DNA from: a virus | Lineage: Duplodnaviria; Caudoviricetes | Strand: one strand, 5' to 3' | DNA: 64,000 bases | Virus record (IMG/VR): IMGVR_UViG_3300034095_001474 | Coordinates: 64,001 to 128,000 of that record | Shown here: positions 40,375 through 47,932 of the stretch, piece after piece | Layout of the letters: each line of letters opens with the position of its first letter | Position numbering within the stretch: the first letter of the stretch is position 1 | Notes under the pieces: model-generated | What the model was told of the DNA's origin: nothing | The model's input: the letters and a program-made list of their open reading frames with translations, nothing else | Database searches by the model: none | Position numbers and translations under genes: made by a program

Positions 40375-40445
40375 ATTAATATTTTTTTTACAAATATACG
40401 AATAAAAAACTAAAACAACAAATATTTATAATAAAATTAATTATT

Positions 40446-40592
40446 ATGGCAAAAGCAGCAAAAGGGGCTACTTCTTCGTCATCGAAGATTAGCAAAGGAA
40501 AAAAGAAAAGACCAGGAGTTCACTCTAAGTGTAAGACTTCAGTTTCTAAAAACGCTAAACATTATCAGAAAAAAAGCGTAGGACAAGGTTAA
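40446..40592 (+). CDS. 48-aa basic protein (not in ORF track)
   Basis: MAKAAKGATSSSSKISKGKKKRPGVHSKCKTSVSKNAKHYQKKSVGQG; A-rich start; own terminator. Confidence 0.75.
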   Translation: MAKAAKGATSSSSKISKGKKKRPGVHSKCKTSVSKNAKHYQKKSVGQG

Positions 40593-40595
40593 AAT

Positions 40596-40627
40596 AAAAA
40601 AGGAGCTCAATGGCTCCTTTTTTTATT
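40596..40627. terminator. bidirectional terminator
   Basis: AAAAAGGAGC/GCTCCTTTTT. Confidence 0.8.
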
Positions 40628-40748
40628 AATGGATTAACAAAAATGTTTTATGTACATCATTTCGTTGTGCACCTTCGGATGCATATCGTGTTCAGTAAAA
40701 TCGTTTGTTCAGTCAAATCGTCTGTTCAGTGTCACTGAAGTCTTCGTT

Positions 40749-41183
40749 TCACTGAACACGTAAATATTTAATAGCTTCTGTTAGTATATGTTTACATTCT
40801 CGTAATTGACCAATAGCTGAATTACAATTTCGACAAAGTAACCCTCTAACTTCCATGGTTTCATGGTCATGGTCAACAAATAATCCTTTTGAACCACCTA
40901 ATTGATAATCTTTTTTACAAATAGCACATTTACCATTTTGATTATAATACATACCTTCATATTCTTCTAAAGTAATACCATATCGATATTTCAGCATTCT
41001 TTTCTTTGCTTCAAGTTTTACTTCTTCAACACTTTTAACTATTTTTGGTTTTCTTTCTTTAGGTGTATACCTAGCATTATTAGATATTGATTCGCATTTT
41101 TTACACCAAGAAAATAAACCATTTCCTCTCATTCTAAATTCACAAGAATCTTTATCTTCACCACATTTTGTACATTTTTTCAT
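40749..41183 (-). CDS. endonuclease VII-type (HNH) homing endonuclease
   Basis: CAICK..VDHDH..VRGLLCRNCN; N-terminal CTKC/CKKC. Confidence 0.88.
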   Translation of the reverse strand: MKKCTKCGEDKDSCEFRMRGNGLFSWCKKCESISNNARYTPKERKPKIVKSVEEVKLEAKKRMLKYRYGITLEEYEGMYYNQNGKCAICKKDYQLGGSKGLFVDHDHETMEVRGLLCRNCNSAIGQLRECKHILTEAIKYLRVQ

Positions 41184-41258
41184 AATAACTTTTACTATAA
41201 ATATGTACAAAATTATAAAAGTTCAAATGTCTGAACATGGCAATATAATGAACACTAG

Positions 41259-41331
41259 TGTACCCGAAGAGATTCGAACTCTTGACCCCTCCGTTAAAAG
41301 CGGAGTGCTCTACCAACTAAGCTACGAGTAC
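41259..41331 (-). tRNA. tRNA-Lys(UUU)
   Basis: cloverleaf; ASL CTCCG-CTTTTAA-CGGAG. Confidence 0.92.
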
Positions 41332-41337
41332 ATATAG

Positions 41338-41411
41338 TCTCCCCGATTGGGCTCGAACCAATGACTCTCGCATTAAAAGTGCGATACTCTAGCCAACTGA
41401 GTTACGAGGAG
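41338..41411 (-). tRNA. tRNA-Lys(UUU)
   Basis: cloverleaf; ASL TCGCA-CTTTTAA-TGCGA. Confidence 0.92.
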
Positions 41412-41456
41412 ATATTATTTTTCCAATAACACTCGTAACCATTATGGCCGAGTGCC

Positions 41457-41498
41457 TTATTCCTTTTTCTTTCGCTTGATGTTGATAAGTGTTTTCAT
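41457..41498 (-). promoter_or_regulatory. Lys-rich leader ORF MKTLINIKRKKKE
   Basis: mini-ORF plus hairpin directly upstream of two tRNA-Lys. Confidence 0.55.
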
Positions 41499-41637
41499 AA
41501 TTTAATAGTTTTTAATTTTTTTATAATAACGTCAGTAGGACTTAAAGGGAACCACTCATTTCTATCCCTTCATCAAACGGTAATTATCCGTTATTTGGCG
41601 TAATCCATACATTGCTGCACGTGTATCCTACTTATTG

Positions 41638-41709
41638 AGCGAGAAATGGGATTCGAACCCACGACCCTCTGGTTGGTAACCAGATGCTCTACCACTGAGC
41701 TATTCTCGC
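41638..41709 (-). tRNA. tRNA-Gly(ACC)
   Basis: G1C2G3/C70G71C72, U73; ASL TCTGG-TTACCAA-CCAGA. Confidence 0.88.
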
Positions 41710-41713
41710 ATTG

Positions 41714-41786
41714 AGCTAAAAATCAGAATCGAACTGATAACCTCTTCATTACTAGTGAAGTGCTCTACCAATTGAGCTATTTCAGC
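41714..41786 (-). tRNA. tRNA-Thr(AGU)
   Basis: ASL CTTCA-CTAGTAA-TGAAG. Confidence 0.88.
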
Positions 41787-41845
41787 ATTGAGTGTGGTAG
41801 GTCAGCTGAACCTTGAGGCACCCACACTAGTTATCCCTCTTTTTG

Positions 41846-41916
41846 TGCAGAATGAGGGAGTCAAACCCTCGCCTCGGACTTGGAAGGCCCATGTGCTTTC
41901 GTAACACCTATTCTGC
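41846..41916 (-). tRNA. tRNA-Gly(UCC)
   Basis: ASL TGGGC-CTTCCAA-GTCCG. Confidence 0.8.
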
Positions 41917-42008
41917 AAATTTCGAAGAAAGACAGTCACGGCCACCGCTGGAAATTCTTCTAATGTTAAAGTTTTGGCAAAATGTGGCTCGACCCAAATT
42001 AACACTTG

Positions 42009-42081
42009 AGCCTCAGATGGGACTCGAACCCATAACCTACTGATTACAAATCAGTTGCACAGCCAATCGTGCTCCAGAGGC
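42009..42081 (-). tRNA. tRNA-Thr(UGU)
   Basis: ASL ACTGA-TTTGTAA-TCAGT. Confidence 0.88.
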
Positions 42082-42153
42082 AAATTGATTTTTATTATCC
42101 CCTTGAACTATGTCAAGTACATGGTTAAAAATCTAAATTCTACCTTAACTAAG

Positions 42154-42235
42154 TGAGGCTAGTAGGAATCGAACCTACTCAGCTTACGCAACAGATTTAC
42201 AGTCTGCCCCAGCTCTCCAACTCTGGCGTATCCCC
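42154..42235 (-). tRNA. tRNA-Tyr(GUA)
   Basis: ASL GCAGA-CTGTAAA-TCTGT; long variable arm. Confidence 0.88.
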
Positions 42236-42306
42236 AAATAACAGAATGGCATGTTGATTTTCAAATCCAAATTGAAGCTTTTTAATTTGCTGCAACCATT
42301 CTTTAG

Positions 42307-42380
42307 ATGTCCGAGAGGGCTTCGAACCCCCAGATTCTCCCTTCAAAGGGGAGTGACTTTGCCAGTTTGTCTATCGGACA
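42307..42380 (-). tRNA. tRNA-Gln(UUG)
   Basis: U1-A72; ASL CTCCC-CTTTGAA-GGGAG. Confidence 0.85.
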
Positions 42381-42437
42381 ATAATCTAATTCTACGCTCC
42401 GTTGCACACGGTCTATGAATTAGTAACAATCTGACAG

Positions 42438-42511
42438 TCGAATAAGCTGGATTCGAACCAGCGTGCTCGGCATTCCAAATGCCGCTAGATAAACCGCTCC
42501 TATACTACTCG
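42438..42511 (-). tRNA. tRNA-Pro(UGG)
   Basis: C1-G72, A73; ASL CGGCA-TTTGGAA-TGCCG. Confidence 0.85.
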
Positions 42512-42554
42512 TTAAAGTACGTTCCTATGAGTGTACGTACAACTGACCTCAAAA

Positions 42555-43208
42555 TTATTTCCTACCTTTTAACCATCCTTTATTAAGATAGGTATCTATT
42601 TCTTCTTTTTTAATTTTTTTGTTGGTACCATCTTTGGTTATCCAACATGTACCAAATTGTGAATTATTTTCACCACTTCCTTTACCTTTCATTACACTTT
42701 TAAGTAACTTTTTTGTTTCCTCAGAATGTTTCTTATTTTTAAAGTTACCTTCATTAGTCTCAAAATACTTTTTTTGAGACTTACTCATTTTATCTTTATA
42801 CTCTGGTGTTTCTTTTGCTTTAGCTATATTTAACATTCTTTGTTCTTTAGTGTTATTGAAATTGTTAATACCAGCTTCAGTGAAAACTTTTTTATGACTT
42901 TCAGACCAAATACGACCACCACCAGAACCACCCTCTTTTAAATTCATACAATTATTATCATTAATCATATCTGCGGTAATCGCTTTTATTTCAGCTTCAA
43001 TCAATAATTCTCTATTATCAAAGAACTCTAATATCTCTTTAACATGGTTTTTTTTACCATGTTTCCTTATACTATATCTTAATCTCTTTCCACTACCCAT
43101 ATAACCATCATACATGTTACATGTTGAGTGCATACCTATATAATATCTATTTGTCACCAAACAAGTAGTCTTATATAAGTAATGTATGTGCTTTTCTTTC
43201 CTTGCCAT
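42555..43208 (-). CDS. GIY-YIG (Seg-like) homing endonuclease with NUMOD3-type tail
   Basis: YLYKTT..YYIGMH..YMGSG..KEIL; KKHSEETKK. Confidence 0.88.
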   Translation of the reverse strand: MARKEKHIHYLYKTTCLVTNRYYIGMHSTCNMYDGYMGSGKRLRYSIRKHGKKNHVKEILEFFDNRELLIEAEIKAITADMINDNNCMNLKEGGSGGGRIWSESHKKVFTEAGINNFNNTKEQRMLNIAKAKETPEYKDKMSKSQKKYFETNEGNFKNKKHSEETKKLLKSVMKGKGSGENNSQFGTCWITKDGTNKKIKKEEIDTYLNKGWLKGRK

Positions 43209-43255
43209 ATATTCTTTTTATATAAATATACTGCAAGGTACAAAAAAGTCAAGTG

Positions 43256-43328
43256 TCTAAATAGCTGGACTCGAACCAGCGGTCTCTGCGTCCCAAACGC
43301 AGCGGAATACCAACTTTCCCATATCTAG
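43256..43328 (-). tRNA. tRNA-Pro(UGG)
   Basis: C1-G72, A73; ASL CTGCG-TTTGGGA-CGCAG. Confidence 0.88.
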
Positions 43329-43423
43329 ATAATTTACATTCCTACTCTTGTATATGTACAACCCAAAATAAACCAATATGTCAAATAACTTTCCTAACTT
43401 GTAAAATGGTGTAGGTACCAAAT

Positions 43424-43457
43424 AAAAAAACCCGAAGTCATTTCTGAAATCGGGTTT
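43424..43457 (-). terminator. attenuator terminator of cassette A
   Basis: AAACCCGA/TCGGGTTT followed by U tract. Confidence 0.8.
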
Positions 43458-43481
43458 GGAATATCTTGTAATTAAGAAACT

Positions 43482-43577
43482 TTATTCTTCATTACTCAAC
43501 AGATATAACACACCCGATACACTCGGCTTTCCGCCTTGCGTTTGTTTCGGTTGATATGTGATAAATGTTGTTTTCAT
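43482..43577 (-). promoter_or_regulatory. leader peptide A: MKTTFITYQPKQTQGGKPSVSGVLYLLSNEE
   Basis: 31-aa ORF between promoter and terminator; ATCGGGT complements ACCCGAT of the terminator. Confidence 0.75.
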
Positions 43578-43649
43578 AATTTCTCTTTTTTTTAAATGGG
43601 TTTTTAGCCCGTTGTTTTAATAAATATAACCTTCTTTCTAAAAGTTATA

Positions 43650-43681
43650 CAAATGTACGAACTTTATTTTGATTTGTCAAG
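43650..43681 (-). promoter_or_regulatory. promoter of cassette A
   Basis: CTTG-N20-TACATTTG. Confidence 0.7.
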
Positions 43682-44113
43682 TTTTTTCGTAACTTTTTTT
43701 TGTTTTTTTTCAATTTTATTCATTTCATCCCTTATTTCAGCAGCTTTTTCGTATTCTTCTTCTTCCAAAGCTATCGCCAAAAGTTCTTCAAGTGATTTAT
43801 TTTCTTCAAATGGTACTTCAGAAACTTCTAATTTCACCAAATCACCATCTTCTGTGTTCCATATAGACCTTTTGAAATATAAACCATCTGAATGAAATAA
43901 ATGTATTTCATGTGGTTCACCTAATTCATTGTCTATTTGATGTTGTTTATCAACATCAGTTATTTCTGAAAAGTTTTGTAGACTATCTATAATCTTTTTA
44001 GCTTTTTCTTCATAACTGTCATAATTTTTCTCTTTTCTAGGTCTCCCTCTTTTTTTAGACTTTTTATCGTTGTTATTAAAAAAAGCATCAAAAAGTTCAT
44101 CAAATGTTTCCAT
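43664..44113 (-). CDS. UVR (UvrB/C motif) domain protein
   Basis: C-terminal LEELLAIALEEEEYEKAAEIRDEM. Confidence 0.75.
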   Translation of the reverse strand: METFDELFDAFFNNNDKKSKKRGRPRKEKNYDSYEEKAKKIIDSLQNFSEITDVDKQHQIDNELGEPHEIHLFHSDGLYFKRSIWNTEDGDLVKLEVSEVPFEENKSLEELLAIALEEEEYEKAAEIRDEMNKIEKKQKKVTKKLDKSK

Positions 44114-44114
44114 A

Positions 44115-44549
44115 TTATTTTTTTTTAGTTAATTTTCTGTGTGTATTCACTGCATGGTATTTAAAAGCCTTGATTGGATTTATATTGTAAAAGTACATAA
44201 ATAATATGAAAAAAGCAAATGCTAACATATACATTATTGATATTGTTAACCAATAACTCTTTGTAAGTAACGTTATTGTATAAACAACTATATCATAACC
44301 CAATGGATTTAAAAATAAAGCAATTGCAATAAATATATTTCCCCAGTTAATTTTCTTTAATTTAAAGAATAAATGTGAAAATAAGAATGATACAAATGCC
44401 AATCCATAAAGAATGTACATTGTAACCCAATAATCGTTTGTTAATTGTGTCAGTTTGAACACTAAAATGTCGAACCCAAATGGGTTTAGAAAAGTCGCTA
44501 TCACCAGACAAACTGTCCCCAGTGCTTTTCTGTTCACCACTATCATCAC
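44115..44549 (-). CDS. membrane protein with internal duplication
   Basis: FLNPFGFDILV / FLNPLGYDIVV halves. Confidence 0.75.
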   Translation of the reverse strand: MMIVVNRKALGTVCLVIATFLNPFGFDILVFKLTQLTNDYWVTMYILYGLAFVSFLFSHLFFKLKKINWGNIFIAIALFLNPLGYDIVVYTITLLTKSYWLTISIMYMLAFAFFILFMYFYNINPIKAFKYHAVNTHRKLTKKK

Positions 44550-44601
44550 TATCCATCTTGTTTTTTTTAGTTACAATCACATTATATTAATTTTATGATT
44601 C

Positions 44602-45336
44602 TTATTTTTCTTTATTTAATAAATATCCTAGTCCTACAGTTAAGTTATGAATCATAACAACTTTACTGGTGCTAGCATAATTAATAACATCTTGAATCAT
44701 AAATGATAAATGTTTACTAGACTTCAACGTCACCTTTGTGTTTCCAGTTATAATGACATTATTTGTTACCATACTAGGTTGGTAATAATACTCAGTGTAA
44801 AAACCAAATATGTTTTTTTGATAGTTAAATTTAACTCTAACTGAATGTCTTACATTTTCTTTGACACTATTATTAAAATATTCTGTATTTTGATATATAA
44901 TACCATAAGACAACGATAATTTTGAATTCTTGAACTTTTTCTTATAACCAATTCCCAACCCAAACCAATTATCATTCTGCATACTTCTCAACAATGAATA
45001 ATTGTATTGATTATTAACAAATGAAAACACATTTTTATGTTCATGACTTATATTTAATTTATGAGAAAATTCATTTTGATTTATACTTGGTGAAAAACCA
45101 ATAGTATAATTTAGTATTGAATTCAAATCTAAATTTTTAAAGTTGATGCCGTTATTTCCAATATATGTTATGTTTACATTATCTATATTGGATTGTGCTA
45201 ATACTCCAGTCAACGAATTATCAAAGTTGTATCCATTTAATATTTCTGAATTTGTAAAGAAAGCAGTGTCTACTGATAATGAATCTTGTGAAAATAAGTT
45301 AACACTAATAAACAAAAATAAAATTAATAATTTCAT
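44602..45336 (-). CDS. outer-membrane beta-barrel protein (DUF481-like)
   Basis: signal peptide; alternating beta-strand pattern; EYYYQPS. Confidence 0.65.
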   Translation of the reverse strand: MKLLILFLFISVNLFSQDSLSVDTAFFTNSEILNGYNFDNSLTGVLAQSNIDNVNITYIGNNGINFKNLDLNSILNYTIGFSPSINQNEFSHKLNISHEHKNVFSFVNNQYNYSLLRSMQNDNWFGLGIGYKKKFKNSKLSLSYGIIYQNTEYFNNSVKENVRHSVRVKFNYQKNIFGFYTEYYYQPSMVTNNVIITGNTKVTLKSSKHLSFMIQDVINYASTSKVVMIHNLTVGLGYLLNKEK

Positions 45337-45653
45337 AAATATTTCCTAAAACTAAATAAACGTCTCTTTTTCAAATATGTCAAATCATGGTCATTACCAT
45401 ATGCTTCTTTTTCAAATGAAATATTCATATACCCTTTGGTATACAATTCAATCAGATACCATATATAAAAAGGTATAATCAACATCTCTATTTGCTGCCT
45501 CAAATGAATTCTCTCATGATTTATCAATTCAGCATCAATTATTGTATCAGATGCAATGAATATAAAGGGCCAGAATGCTAGACCCCTTATACCACCACTG
45601 TTACCAAAGAACAATCCGAAAAATCTTAACGCTCTATCGCTTACTACTATCAT
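45333..45653 (-). CDS. HExxH-containing protein
   Basis: INHERIHLRQQ..ISFEKEAY. Confidence 0.7.
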   Translation of the reverse strand: MIVVSDRALRFFGLFFGNSGGIRGLAFWPFIFIASDTIIDAELINHERIHLRQQIEMLIIPFYIWYLIELYTKGYMNISFEKEAYGNDHDLTYLKKRRLFSFRKYL

Positions 45654-45895
45654 ATAGGAAACATTTTATATTGGTTTGGAGAAAGTAGTTCCCATTTTTT
45701 TATTTCACCATCAACATCATTTATCTTTTTTTTAAGAATATTACGTTGTGTATCAAGTAATTTTAGTGCAGTACTATGCTCATGTTTCAAAGAATTCAAT
45801 TCTCTAATTTTAGCAGCAATTTCTTCTGGACCATAAATAGCACTATCTTTATTTTCAGTTAATAATGCTAATTTTTTCTTAATCATATCTTTCAT
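45650..45895 (-). CDS. hypothetical coiled-coil protein
   Basis: ORF in run. Confidence 0.6.
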   Translation of the reverse strand: MKDMIKKKLALLTENKDSAIYGPEEIAAKIRELNSLKHEHSTALKLLDTQRNILKKKINDVDGEIKKWELLSPNQYKMFPI

Positions 45896-45929
45896 ATTTA
45901 CAATTTATATATATAAATATGATGAAAGT

Positions 45930-46763
45930 TTATGATTTCAATAATAATTCTTTGATTTCTGTTACAACTTGTCTATGACCGTTGCCATAAGGTTCCCAAG
46001 CCAATCCCATTGCTTTCAAGTCATAATGCTTAACAATAGTACTAACAGTTTCACCTTCTGGAAATCCAACGATATAGATACTATCAGCCAATTCCACTGC
46101 CAAACGAATATCGTGTGTTGAGAATATGATTGTGTTGTATTCATCTGCTGACAATATACGACCAAATGATTCTTTTACTTTCTCAATATTTCCAACATCC
46201 AATCCAGAGAATGGTTCATCCAAAATCATGAAATGCTTAGAAGTAAGCATTTGTTCAATGATTGCAGTTCTTTGTCGTTGACCACCAGATAATTCACCAG
46301 AGTATTTATCTTTGTGTTCCATCAAACCCCAATCTGTTAAGTACTCTTTGATAAGAGCTTCTTTCTCTGGTTTTGTAAGTGTGCTTTTACGCAATGCGTA
46401 TTGGCAAATTTGATAGACAGTCTTATGTCTAAAGATTGTGTACTTTTGGTCAACAAAACCAATATCACCTTCAGCTACTTGCTTAGCATCTGATTTGTCT
46501 TCTGTTTTGAAGTCAGTGATAAGTACTTGACCACTTGTTGGTAACAATAACCCAGTCAATGCTTTGAATAGCGTAGACTTTCCACGACCAGAACGACCAA
46601 TGAATGCTATTGTTTGACCAGTAGACTCATGTCCATCTCTAATGATGTCTTTCTCTACGATTGTAACGTCTTTAAGGATTTGTTTATCCTTTCCGTTTTT
46701 GTCTTTATACCCTACTGATAATTTATCAACGTAAAGTATCGTTTCTTCTGCTCTATAACTCAT
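45930..46763 (-). CDS. ABC transporter ATP-binding protein
   Basis: GRSGRGKST, LSGGQRQR, ILDEPF, THD. Confidence 0.93.
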   Translation of the reverse strand: MSYRAEETILYVDKLSVGYKDKNGKDKQILKDVTIVEKDIIRDGHESTGQTIAFIGRSGRGKSTLFKALTGLLLPTSGQVLITDFKTEDKSDAKQVAEGDIGFVDQKYTIFRHKTVYQICQYALRKSTLTKPEKEALIKEYLTDWGLMEHKDKYSGELSGGQRQRTAIIEQMLTSKHFMILDEPFSGLDVGNIEKVKESFGRILSADEYNTIIFSTHDIRLAVELADSIYIVGFPEGETVSTIVKHYDLKAMGLAWEPYGNGHRQVVTEIKELLLKS

Positions 46764-47046
46764 TTTTTAATATTTTAATTTCAATAATCGTACCTATCAA
46801 ATTGAGTGTGCCAATAAATAATGGAAACACCCAATAATCGTTTTTTAAAGATATTATACAAATACCTAAAATTATACCTCTTAATATACCTTTTACATAG
46901 TTAATCATGATTAACAGTTTTTTCTAATTTAACAATCTTTTTTTCTAGAACCACATTCTTATCTCTTTCTTTATGGAAAGCAACACAATAGGCGATTGAT
47001 ATCATTACCGCAGTAATCAAAGGGAATACTAATTTATTTTCCATGA

Positions 47047-47817
47047 TTAATAGTTTGAATATCTGAATATTAACTTTCTTAATTTTGTTAGAATGAAATC
47101 TAACGACAACCCTACTATGATGATTACGATTTGAACAGCAACTACTTTTCCGTTATCACCAATCTTATCACCATTTTTGATTAAAACGCCTAACCCACCA
47201 GCAGCAATAAGGATACTCTCAATACTTACAAGCATCATCCATACAATCGCTAAGTTTTGTCTAACCAATTCAAATACGTAATCAAAACGACCTTTGATTA
47301 CCACTTCCCAAAGGATTTCCCATCTATTGCAGCCTAGTGTTCTAGCATGGTCGAATTCTTCTTCTGGAATGTCTTTAATCATTTGCATAAGACTCGTTAT
47401 AAGGAATGTTGTCATAAACATTACCAACACCCATACTTGAATAGTTCTTGCATCGTTTACTAGAATAGTAATGTAGAATGCAATACCAGTAAGTGGCAAA
47501 TATCTAAGTTTAGATATAAACGTACCCAATGATTTAAAGACTGGAATAGCTGTCAAATAAGCAAAGAACAAAGAGATTATAACTGAATATAACACTGCTT
47601 GTGCACAAAGCCCTATAGAGCTTCCTAAATGCACCATAAGTCCTTCTGACCATAATGAACCCATACCGTGCAACACTTGTGCTGGAGTTGGGAATAAATG
47701 TGTTGTTCCAACACTACATGCAACCCAAAAAAGGATAATTGCGATTAACCAACCACTTTGAATGAAACCTTTTTTAATTCCAGTTATTGTTTCAAATGGT
47801 GTAAATAATTTTTTCAT
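47047..47817 (-). CDS. ABC transporter permease (NitT/TauT-like)
   Basis: FPTPAQV, RYLPL, EAA-like loop HARTLG, GGLG. Confidence 0.88.
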   Translation of the reverse strand: MKKLFTPFETITGIKKGFIQSGWLIAIILFWVACSVGTTHLFPTPAQVLHGMGSLWSEGLMVHLGSSIGLCAQAVLYSVIISLFFAYLTAIPVFKSLGTFISKLRYLPLTGIAFYITILVNDARTIQVWVLVMFMTTFLITSLMQMIKDIPEEEFDHARTLGCNRWEILWEVVIKGRFDYVFELVRQNLAIVWMMLVSIESILIAAGGLGVLIKNGDKIGDNGKVVAVQIVIIIVGLSLDFILTKLRKLIFRYSNY

Positions 47818-47882
47818 ATTTCTTTTATTTTAAATTTATAATACAAATGTACAAATTCTTTTTTAATAAACCTAATTTTAAT

Positions 47883-47913
47883 AAAAAAACCCTAATATTT
47901 CTATTAGGGTTTT
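47883..47913. terminator. intrinsic terminator
   Basis: AAAACCCTAATA/TATTAGGGTTTT. Confidence 0.65.
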
Positions 47914-47932
47914 GAATTATATATATCGGTTG

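Noticed and set aside
41802-42043. ORFs 41802-42005 and 41843-42043
   Set aside because: They overlap tRNA genes; the translations read through T-loop sequences.
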